Positions 56,395-64,000 of a DNA stretch of 64,000 bases are shown here, piece after piece. The position numbers and the translations under genes are program-made. Position 1 is the first letter of the stretch; the number at the start of each line of letters is the position of its first letter. Source of the DNA: a virus. Its lineage: Duplodnaviria; Caudoviricetes. The notes below the pieces were generated by a model. It was not told the origin of the DNA. It did no database searches and saw only the letters and a list, made by a program, of their open reading frames with translations. The stretch is from the IMG/VR virus record IMGVR_UViG_3300037470_000577, positions 15,291 to 79,290 of that record; one strand, 5' to 3'.

Positions 56395-57198
56395 TCAGTC
56401 ACCTAGATTATACGTAATGGCCGTTCGGTTGCCACTGCCGTCAACGGTTGCGATAACCCGGTTCTTGTCATTGGCTACCGCGCTTCTAAAGGTATTCGAC
56501 CCTGTTCCCGCACCGCTTACCCGCCCCCCGGTCGTGGCGGCAATGAGACGTATGGCCTCTTTGAAAGTCATGCCCGTCTCGATAGCTGAGGCCATGATAC
56601 CGGCGACAACAGCCGACGTGTCCGGCGAGCCTATGGCGGCAATGAGAGCCGGGATGGTTATGTCGGTATCCTCCAGGATGTCGTCAACCTTACCGTCAGT
56701 CGCAGCCAGAGCCGCTCCCGCCGCCGTCTCAACGGCCGCTGCGTCCAGGTTATTCAGACCACCGATGGCATTAGTAATGACCGTTTCGGCCGCGTCCAAC
56801 TCCGTCTTTGTCGGCCCATCGTAATCCGCCAGGGCGGTATCCGCCTCCGCATTCACCTGCGCCGGTGTAGCCCTTGTTGTCACGGCCGCATCCAATGCCT
56901 CTACCCCCGCCCGTTGAACTGACCACACGGCTGGAAGGTGCTGTTGGTCTACGGAGGTGTCAGTCGTCTTGAACACAGCCACATACTCGCCTTCGACATC
57001 GACGCTGACCGAGGCCAGGACATATCGATATAAGCCGTCGCCTATTTCCGTCGCGCTCCCGGCCGTCACAATCTCCGCCGCCGTACCGTCCTTCTGCACC
57101 TCCCAAACGTCAATCGTCACCGTCAGGCCGGTCGCCCCAACCTTCGAGGCCACGTAGTGCGCGAAAAATGTAACCGCGTTATCAATCTGCTCAATCAT
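56395..57198 (-). CDS. putative virion structural/decoration protein
   Basis: ATEIGDGLYRY Ig-like N-domain; A..A.GK.SG...FR....K.RV.ATVD..GNR C-domain. Confidence 0.6.
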   Translation of the reverse strand: MIEQIDNAVTFFAHYVASKVGATGLTVTIDVWEVQKDGTAAEIVTAGSATEIGDGLYRYVLASVSVDVEGEYVAVFKTTDTSVDQQHLPAVWSVQRAGVEALDAAVTTRATPAQVNAEADTALADYDGPTKTELDAAETVITNAIGGLNNLDAAAVETAAGAALAATDGKVDDILEDTDITIPALIAAIGSPDTSAVVAGIMASAIETGMTFKEAIRLIAATTGGRVSGAGTGSNTFRSAVANDKNRVIATVDGSGNRTAITYNLGD

Positions 57199-57213
57199 TG
57201 CCGCCTCCGGGCA

Positions 57214-57486
57214 TTATCCTAGCCGGCCTAACATTTGGGCGATAAATGGCCCATCCAACTCGCCTTCCGCACTGCCAAAAAGGTTGTATACCGCTTGCGC
57301 GTCCACTTCGGATAGATTCAACGCCGCCGCCAAACTAGGCCAGTCCTCTCCCAATGCAATCTGGTCAAAAACCTCTTTAAGCCGGTCACTGTCATCTACC
57401 ACATTCTGCAACTGCCGGATAAACCGGCTCAATTCGCCCGATAATCGGGTTGCTGTAGGACTAATCTCAATATGTGCTGATGCCAC
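57214..57486 (-). CDS. small helical hypothetical protein
   Basis: start re-assigned to GTG 57486 with AAGGAG SD. Confidence 0.55.
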   Translation of the reverse strand: MASAHIEISPTATRLSGELSRFIRQLQNVVDDSDRLKEVFDQIALGEDWPSLAAALNLSEVDAQAVYNLFGSAEGELDGPFIAQMLGRLG

Positions 57487-57500
57487 GATAAATCTCCTTT

Positions 57501-58160
57501 CTAAATAGCCGCCATCACTGCATGAACCGCCGCAACTTCCGGCGCAGTCAGGGCAATGTCGAAAATGTACAATGCCTGCATTCGGACGGAACAGAATAAT
57601 ACCGGCGTCCCAGCATCGTTTCTGCATCCGAGAAAAACTGGAACACACGCTGCGGTCCAGGATGACAGGGAAATCCCGGCGTCAGCGCCATTCAGATATG
57701 CCCGATTTCCCGCCACTGCCAGATTTCCGGCCGCAATAGATACGCTGCCTATAGTCTCGCCACCATTCGCAGCCCGCCAGCTGCCGCCCGCCGTCGCTAC
57801 GATAGAAAAATTCCGGCGGCCCGTCCCCCCATTACCGCCGCCTAATGCTCCCGTTCCCGAAACCTGCCCATTCGTAATCTGAATCATCATCGACTGGCTC
57901 TGGTCGGTCTGGGGCGTGAATCCAGTAAGCATGTACTGGTCTACGCCGTTGAAAATCAGGCCATCCGTCGAATTCCACGTTGGTGCAACCCCCACCGGCA
58001 GGTCATTGCCATTACCGCTCAAATCCAAGTACGAGGCTGCCTGAGACGCCGCCCCCTTAAAATGGTACGCGCCCCATGCGGCGGGCAGCCCACTGCCAGC
58101 CGACACCGAAGCCAGTGGTCCGCCCATACTGCGCCTGCTCGCCAATACCGGTCGAATCAT
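57501..58160 (-). CDS. concanavalin A/LamG-like virion protein
   Basis: DLSGNGNDL, GLIFNGVDQY, IFDIALTAPEV. Confidence 0.7.
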   Translation of the reverse strand: MIRPVLASRRSMGGPLASVSAGSGLPAAWGAYHFKGAASQAASYLDLSGNGNDLPVGVAPTWNSTDGLIFNGVDQYMLTGFTPQTDQSQSMMIQITNGQVSGTGALGGGNGGTGRRNFSIVATAGGSWRAANGGETIGSVSIAAGNLAVAGNRAYLNGADAGISLSSWTAACVPVFLGCRNDAGTPVLFCSVRMQALYIFDIALTAPEVAAVHAVMAAI

Positions 58161-59515
58161 CAATCCACCTGTTCTGGCAGCATACAAATTAACGCCAGCC
58201 GTTCATTGATACTTGTCAACTCGGCCGTTTCGTTCGGCCACTTAATCCACCACTCGCCAGCAGGCGAGGTATCGAAATCCTGCGACCCTTCCGGCCCCAA
58301 TCCTAAGTCCGTATCGTCCCGATGCTGTACCAGACCAACCGGGGCGTTTTCAATAGTCAACGGAATGCAATCAAGACTGACGGCCGTGCAGCCCTCGACC
58401 GCCCGCCCGTAGCGGTCGGTATAGCTGGAAAAGTCAGCCAGCCCATCGCCGTCCGGGTCATGCTGCGCCCGAACCCGAAACTGTAGGACATGCTGCTGAA
58501 TGGTCGAGCCGTTCAGGTGGCAATTCCCGTCAATGCAAAATGTCGCCTCATCTGGCGCGAACAACGTATCCAGCGCCGTCTCATTCCAGGCGTCGGCAAT
58601 CGCAAAGGCTACGATTACTGGATTTAGAACCTCTACGCTGCCATCCTCGGTGGATGGCTCTCCATACCAAAAGAAAGTCTGCTTTCCGGGACGAGTGCCG
58701 GGAAAACCGGGCGCATCGAAATGAATCCGCCTTCCCCCAGGCCCATTGGGGCATAGCGGGTGGAGGTCGGGCAGGGGGGCGCAATCCGTTTGCCCGTCAA
58801 TCTCTAAATTCCCATAGTTCAACCAACCACCGAAGCGCACTATGCCGCATTCACCATCACCCGCCCGGCATACTTGCGCTTCCACAGAATAGGAATGGAA
58901 GCGTCCTAAGTAACCGCCCTGCCACGTTCCGTCTGGCATGAGGAAAGGCGTGCTATCTACGTGTCCCTGAACCCGCAAGTCCCGTATCCATACATCACGG
59001 CCGTTAGCCGGAATATCCATTCGCGTTATCCAACTGTATGCCTCATGCTTATGGAGATTCTCATCGGCCGTCTGCCAGGGATAGGACACGGAGGTTCCCC
59101 CAAACCATGACCCGGCCGGGCCGAAGATAGCAACAACTTCAGGCTCGTTTGGATTGTGCTTATGTTCATGGTCATAATGACAATCGCCCACCGCCGATAC
59201 CAGCGCATGGTACTCGTTTGGATTGTGAGTGGGGCATAGTGGCAGGCTGCCGGTCGGCGTCCCTGTCCCGGTTGGCACGGCCGTAGGCGTTACCATCGGG
59301 GTGCGTGTCATGCCCGGCGTTAGGCTTGGGCTTGGGCTTGGGTCAGGCGGCGCATCGGGCATGACACACTCCGCCCAATTGCCGCCCGTTCCAGACTGAA
59401 CGGCAATCACGCCCGGGTCCGGGCAGAACTCGCGCCAGAGGGACGCGCCTTGTCCTGATACCGCCGCTGCCGCCAGAATAAGGATTGCAATAAGAATGGC
59501 GCTTTTCTTTTTCAT
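58160..59515 (-). CDS. secreted Cys/His-rich protein with Pro/Thr linker, function unknown
   Basis: Sec signal MKKKSAILIAILILAAAAVSG; PSPSPS/TPT linker; CHYDHEH. Confidence 0.7.
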   Translation of the reverse strand: MKKKSAILIAILILAAAAVSGQGASLWREFCPDPGVIAVQSGTGGNWAECVMPDAPPDPSPSPSLTPGMTRTPMVTPTAVPTGTGTPTGSLPLCPTHNPNEYHALVSAVGDCHYDHEHKHNPNEPEVVAIFGPAGSWFGGTSVSYPWQTADENLHKHEAYSWITRMDIPANGRDVWIRDLRVQGHVDSTPFLMPDGTWQGGYLGRFHSYSVEAQVCRAGDGECGIVRFGGWLNYGNLEIDGQTDCAPLPDLHPLCPNGPGGRRIHFDAPGFPGTRPGKQTFFWYGEPSTEDGSVEVLNPVIVAFAIADAWNETALDTLFAPDEATFCIDGNCHLNGSTIQQHVLQFRVRAQHDPDGDGLADFSSYTDRYGRAVEGCTAVSLDCIPLTIENAPVGLVQHRDDTDLGLGPEGSQDFDTSPAGEWWIKWPNETAELTSINERLALICMLPEQVD

Positions 59516-59517
59516 GG

Positions 59518-59781
59518 TTACTCGTCCTCCATGATGGTATGAAGCGCAATAGCTACATCCTTGCTCATACCGCCATTGGTAATGGTGACCGGACTTATTC
59601 GCTTTATGTCAGGCTCGCGCCACAGCAAAACGTCCAGGTCGTGGGCCACCAGTCGAATTGTGACGCTGGCAAAACCCTTGCAGCCGTTTTGAACAAGGGC
59701 ATACTGCATCGCCGCCGCCAGGTCAAGCCAGCCCTGCTTGATATGCTCAGGTCTCTGACCGTTACTCTTCTTCGTCTGCAT
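59518..59781 (-). CDS. hypothetical protein
   Basis: GAGGAG SD before ATG 59781. Confidence 0.55.
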   Translation of the reverse strand: MQTKKSNGQRPEHIKQGWLDLAAAMQYALVQNGCKGFASVTIRLVAHDLDVLLWREPDIKRISPVTITNGGMSKDVAIALHTIMEDE

Positions 59782-61330
59782 ATGGCTCCTCGATGATGAT
59801 AGGCAGGGCGGGCGGCTTGTCGTATTGGCCTTCAAGCCATGAGAGAGCGGCTAAGGCCAGCGTGCCTTTTTCGGTGTTCTTTCGGCCTCCGGCCAATAAG
59901 ACCTGGTAGCATTCTGTTTTGCGCTCCTCTATAGCAGTTAAGATGACTCGCTCGTCATTCTGGCTGTAGAGCAGGGGGTTAGCTACGTTAGGGATTGCGA
60001 GCAGACTGGCAAGCAGCGGATCGTCTGAATAGAAGAGGGTGGCGATGGGCGTTCCATCTTCGAGCCTGCCCTCTGATAACTGCATCCGAATAAACTCTTC
60101 CCGCGACAGGTCGCCGTCAACAACCATCAACCGCCGTTCGGCTTCCACGTCCAGTACGCCGGACTTGGCATTACGCTCGCGCCGTCTGGCCCGAATGTCC
60201 TGGGAGACGGCGCGGGCCTGATCCTCTTCATCGTCCTGAAAATCGTAGACCGCCTCCAGCGCCGATGGGCAGAGTTTGGCCGATAGCTGTTCGGCCAGGT
60301 CTTGGGTAAACTCGGTCGGCAGCCTGCCGCGAGCGACCATATTGGTAATCTGGTTGCCCTCTTTCGATCCCTGCATGGGCCAGAAGTCGCGGATGTCCAT
60401 ACCCCAAATATAAGCCAGGGCATACATCGCCATAATAGTGCCGACCTCTTCGTCAAAGAGTTTGAACTCGTTGAGCTTGATTCGCAGCAAGTCACCGTCA
60501 ATGGGCAAGCCCATCGCTATTGCCATTGCGTAGCGGGTTAAGCCAAGATTGTCCATCAACTCCTTGCTCATCATCATGGCCTTGATGATGTCAGACGCTT
60601 CTCCGCCCTTGATTGCCAGAATCTCGTTGGTTGGCCTGGTTCCCATCTGTTCCATCTTGTAAACCAGTTGGTCGTTAAGTACCTGCCCGATGCGGACGCT
60701 TCGCCCCAATGCACAGCGACCAACACTCATCCGTATCTTGCGGGCCGAGGACATTTGCGAGAGGGCGATCACTCTTGAAAAGTGATAGGCCCACCGCCCG
60801 CCAAACTCTGGATCATCATAGATAATGGGATAGAGTGGGTCGCCCGTTCGCTGAACGTTCTGGCTGTCAAGATGGCGAATGCCGAGCGGCATGGAGGTAA
60901 GCGGCTTGTCCCAATCGAAGAGCGAGTTCCCCATAATGCCCAGAAACATCCCATTATCCTGACTAAGAAGATCGTAGACCGCCTTCTTGTACTCGCCCCG
61001 GAACCCCTCGCCATAACCCGACATGGTATTAACCTGGGCCACAAAGTCCTCAGCTAAATCAGCATGGGATGAAACGTTCGGTTTGCGGGGAACAAATTTC
61101 AAGGGGATGTTGACCAGCTTGGTCGAGGTGGTATAGACCAGCCCGCCAAGATGGTCATAGGAGGTAACAAGAGCGTCCAGAGCTTTATCTCGCGCCGGGG
61201 ACCACCAGGGCGGAACCGGGTCGGATATGGCCCAGAAGCCGTGTTGTAAGTGGGGGCCAAGTATCCCGGACAGGCGGGTCGCGTCGGACTTCTGCTCTAC
61301 AAGTTCTTCTAACTGGCCGTTATTAGCCAT
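59762..61330 (-). CDS. portal protein
   Basis: about 520 aa directly after terL; start re-assigned to ATG 61330. Confidence 0.8.
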   Translation of the reverse strand: MANNGQLEELVEQKSDATRLSGILGPHLQHGFWAISDPVPPWWSPARDKALDALVTSYDHLGGLVYTTSTKLVNIPLKFVPRKPNVSSHADLAEDFVAQVNTMSGYGEGFRGEYKKAVYDLLSQDNGMFLGIMGNSLFDWDKPLTSMPLGIRHLDSQNVQRTGDPLYPIIYDDPEFGGRWAYHFSRVIALSQMSSARKIRMSVGRCALGRSVRIGQVLNDQLVYKMEQMGTRPTNEILAIKGGEASDIIKAMMMSKELMDNLGLTRYAMAIAMGLPIDGDLLRIKLNEFKLFDEEVGTIMAMYALAYIWGMDIRDFWPMQGSKEGNQITNMVARGRLPTEFTQDLAEQLSAKLCPSALEAVYDFQDDEEDQARAVSQDIRARRRERNAKSGVLDVEAERRLMVVDGDLSREEFIRMQLSEGRLEDGTPIATLFYSDDPLLASLLAIPNVANPLLYSQNDERVILTAIEERKTECYQVLLAGGRKNTEKGTLALAALSWLEGQYDKPPALPIIIEEPYADEEE

Positions 61331-63110
61331 ACTTTTCAAGTTCCTTTTCGACCTTCGCGGTGGCCTGGGCAACGGCTAAGTCAATGCGCGTCATCATTTC
61401 CGCCAACCTATCTTCGCTCATTTGACCGCTGTCGTCAAGAGCGTGGACAGAAACGGGCCGGTAGCGGCCGTAGGCTTTGTTCCATATGCCGTATTTGCAG
61501 TTGTGAACCAGCACCCCGGAAGCGTAGTATTCTTCCTCCCCCTCGACTTCTATGTTATAGACCGGCTCTCTTGTTTCGTTCGCGTAAATACGCAGCACCC
61601 CTACCCCGGACAGAATATTCCCAGGAGAAAGGGAAGCAAGCGGAACAAACTCGCCGTCGCAAAAGACAGGGTGATCGGCAGTACCAACAAGCTGCTGACC
61701 GTTGGATAGTTCGACCGTATAGGTTGCGGCCATTGGACTGCTCATCCAGGCATGGGTGACGGGACGGTAGCCATTCCTGGTTAAAACCTTCACGCCGCGT
61801 GAAAGCTGTTCTATTGGCCGAGGCCCATTGTCGGTTTCCACCATTGTTCCGGCAACCAGACAGGCATTCAGAGTATGGTCATTGGCGTCCAACGGAACGC
61901 CGTTCTTATCGTAAACGTGGGCGTTCATTTCGTAACGAACGAACCGGCAGCGGGGATGGACGATGACGCGCCTGACCTTGTTGCTGTCCGGGCCAATCCA
62001 GTTATTTAACTCCTTGTTCCCTTCGGAAATCTTACATCTTATCGGATAGGCTGTGATGCCGGAGTTAATCAGGCTGCCACCCAACGAAGGCGATGCCCCA
62101 TCATAAATAGCGTAGGCCGGTTTATCGGGCCAGCCCATTCGCTTGCAGTAGTCCCGCACTTTTGCAATGTGCGGCTCGGCCAGAATCTGGACATCGAGAT
62201 GTTCGCCGAAGATGGCAACCGTCCCGTCGCGCCGTTCCTGCCCCAGCAGAAAGGCTCTGGGCTGGCTCTTGGCCGTAAATAGTTTTATCTTCTCATCATA
62301 CTCCCCGGAATAACCGTCATCCACATACCAGACAAAGCGGCCGTTGTAAGGGATATACTCAGCGTCCAGGGTGACGTTGCCCTTCGCTATTCCGGGCTGG
62401 GCTGGATTGAAGTCGTCCAGCCAGGCGTCAAAGACCTGGCCCTCGCCACTGACCCATTTCCTATCGCGCAAGCGGCGACCTTTCAGCCCCCGCATATTCT
62501 CGACCCGTTCCCGGTAAGCGTCCGGCGTGGAGGGATTATCTTCGATACCAGAGTAGTAGACCGAGGCTTCGCCGCCAATAATAAGTCGTAGATTTATCCA
62601 GTGGTTTTCGGCGTCGGGGTTGGTGGTTGGGATGATCTGAGTCCAGGGGGCAGCCTTACCCCTGACACGCCCTGATATTTCCTCGTAATCATCCTCTTCG
62701 TGTTCGCTGGCCTCTTCCATCCACCAGATGTCCACCTCTCCTTTCTCGCCAAAAGAACGAATGCCGGTAGCCTCTTTGTTGCCGCCCTTCATACCAATCA
62801 GGTAGAGGGTGCTGTCCTCGTCTCCGTGATGGCTGTAGATAATCCGATCTGGTTTGGAGCGATAGTTTATATTTGGATCATCATCACAGTTGGAAATCTT
62901 TTTCATGAAGGGAATGGTCGATGTTCTGGCATCCTCATATACCTTCCGGGAAACAACGCCAGTTGCGCCAGAATAGTAGCGCATAAAGGCATCAACCTTA
63001 TTGCCCGTCACCATCGACTTGCCGCCCCCTACCCCGCCAGTCAGGAGCATGACCGGCGACTTGTCGTTAAGAGGCGCTATCTGCCAGTCGTAAGGTTCAA
63101 ACAGATTCAT
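61323..63110 (-). CDS. terL: terminase large subunit with intein
   Basis: Walker A GGVGGGKS, Walker B WWMEEA, TTNP, RNase-H-like YVDDG / IYD / NDH. Confidence 0.95.
   Translation of the reverse strand: MNLFEPYDWQIAPLNDKSPVMLLTGGVGGGKSMVTGNKVDAFMRYYSGATGVVSRKVYEDARTSTIPFMKKISNCDDDPNINYRSKPDRIIYSHHGDEDSTLYLIGMKGGNKEATGIRSFGEKGEVDIWWMEEASEHEEDDYEEISGRVRGKAAPWTQIIPTTNPDAENHWINLRLIIGGEASVYYSGIEDNPSTPDAYRERVENMRGLKGRRLRDRKWVSGEGQVFDAWLDDFNPAQPGIAKGNVTLDAEYIPYNGRFVWYVDDGYSGEYDEKIKLFTAKSQPRAFLLGQERRDGTVAIFGEHLDVQILAEPHIAKVRDYCKRMGWPDKPAYAIYDGASPSLGGSLINSGITAYPIRCKISEGNKELNNWIGPDSNKVRRVIVHPRCRFVRYEMNAHVYDKNGVPLDANDHTLNACLVAGTMVETDNGPRPIEQLSRGVKVLTRNGYRPVTHAWMSSPMAATYTVELSNGQQLVGTADHPVFCDGEFVPLASLSPGNILSGVGVLRIYANETREPVYNIEVEGEEEYYASGVLVHNCKYGIWNKAYGRYRPVSVHALDDSGQMSEDRLAEMMTRIDLAVAQATAKVEKELEKYG
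61500..61862 (-). mobile_element. mini-intein (121 aa, no homing endonuclease) in the terL nuclease domain
   Basis: starts CLVAGTMV, block B TADHP, VYNIEV, ends VHN followed by C. Confidence 0.92.
61787..61803 (+). repeat. dispersed motif copy 8 (exact 17-mer) inside the intein
   Basis: AAAACCTTCACGCCGCGTGAAA; encodes LSRGVKVL on the - strand. Confidence 0.9.
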
Positions 63111-63783
63111 ATTCGCCCTCTTCTATCTGTTCGCCCTCTTCTATCTGATCCCACTCATCCGGCGACCAGCCCTTGTACAGTTTGATGTGGTGGGTCGTTT
63201 CACTTTGCACCTTAACATTAACCTCGGCCTGATATTTGTACAGACCCAGCAGTCTTGACCGTTGGTCTATACAGCGCAGGATCACGGCAAGATGTTGGGA
63301 TGAAGGATTGCCGGGACTGGTGATGGTGCGGGTCTCGGTCTCGACATAGTTCTCTTTCTCTTCGTCGCTGCCGCTCTTGATTAACTCCCGCACCTCTTTG
63401 GCCTTCTTTGGCTCTGTCGAAGCCGCATATGCTTCCCAGGCCGCCTCCTGAACCTTGTCCAGTTCGGCCACCTGCTCGGCAACATGGGCGTCGATGTTGG
63501 CTAAGGTGTTCTTGCCTAACTCGGCCAGCATGTCGTTGCGGTCTTTCGCCACTGTCCGGCGAGCTACCTTGCGATAGTTGCCTTCGCGGGCATTTAAGAT
63601 GTCGGCTATCTCCCTGTCGCTCTTCTTGGCCCGCCGCAGGGTTGCGATAAGAGCTTTGTCCTCCGCCAGCTGGATCGGCGTTCGGCCATCGCCCGGCGCT
63701 CGGTTCAACTGCTTGGGATTGCCTTTCTGCCGCCCGGCCTTCTTTTTAACCTTCGGCTCATTTTTCCTGATAATCGCTTGCAT
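63097..63783 (-). CDS. terS: terminase small subunit
   Basis: HTH SDREIADIL...TVAKD, helical, immediately upstream of terL; start ATG 63783. Confidence 0.75.
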   Translation of the reverse strand: MQAIIRKNEPKVKKKAGRQKGNPKQLNRAPGDGRTPIQLAEDKALIATLRRAKKSDREIADILNAREGNYRKVARRTVAKDRNDMLAELGKNTLANIDAHVAEQVAELDKVQEAAWEAYAASTEPKKAKEVRELIKSGSDEEKENYVETETRTITSPGNPSSQHLAVILRCIDQRSRLLGLYKYQAEVNVKVQSETTHHIKLYKGWSPDEWDQIEEGEQIEEGEYESV

Positions 63784-64000
63784 CGTAATCCTTCTGGTGT
63801 CATAATGGTGCAATGACCTTACTATTTGAGTCGTTCGTCAACAGTATAGCCGATGATGAGGTTTTCCACTACCATGACCGGCGCATGAAGATAGCGGCAG
63901 GTGATGGCGTCTTGTGGTGCGCGGGCTGCGGCAAGGAGTACGCTCGCTGGCCCCTGGCTGATTTACCGCTCTACATGGGGCTGCCACCCTACTATGAACA

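Noticed and set aside
59323-59343. CTTGGG tandem repeat; also the 18-bp repeat at about 63115-63150
   Set aside because: They encode the PSPSPS linker and the QIEEGE duplication.
1443-61803. Dispersed 17-mer as CRISPR repeat, IS end or parS
   Set aside because: Not arrayed, no transposase or target duplications, and it differs from parS by a 5-bp spacer with no ParB seen in the window.
1-64000. Stop-codon reassignment, integrase/att site, tRNA genes
   Set aside because: Genes are full length and tightly coupled in code 11; no recombinase or cloverleaf was recognised (a tRNAscan run would be needed to be sure).

Overview
The whole window is tailed dsDNA phage sequence with siphovirus-like morphogenesis genes. 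No integrase, tRNA, CRISPR array or reverse transcriptase was seen, and the standard genetic code reads cleanly. The host cannot be read from the sequence; Chloroflexota is only a low-confidence impression from the lysis and tail protein styles. Layout: 1-22381 is a + strand early/replication arm (beta-clamp-like, GIY-YIG, macro domain, J-domain, pentapeptide, vWA, primase, DnaB-like helicase, PAPS-reductase-like and many small ORFs). 22378-63783 is a - strand late arm, read from terS: terL with a mini-intein, portal, lectin-like virion genes, a multi-hydrolase lysis block, a + strand island, holin, protease, scaffold, major capsid, a glycosyltransferase/sulfotransferase/methyltransferase cassette, connector, tail tube, tape measure and tail tip. 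Best leads: (1) a strand-polarised quasi-palindrome CCTTCACGCCGCGTGAA scattered at 8 loci across both arms, inside genes and even inside the intein; (2) a self-contained glycosylation-sulfation-methylation cassette between capsid and tail genes; (3) a promoter-driven intergenic RNA with a predicted H-type pseudoknot next to the capsid gene; (4) related terminator-like hairpins immediately in front of the SD-less first genes of the head and tail operons; (5) AT-rich palindromes with 7-nt centres upstream of + strand starts. All motif searches were done by eye; protein calls come from motif recognition, not database searches.
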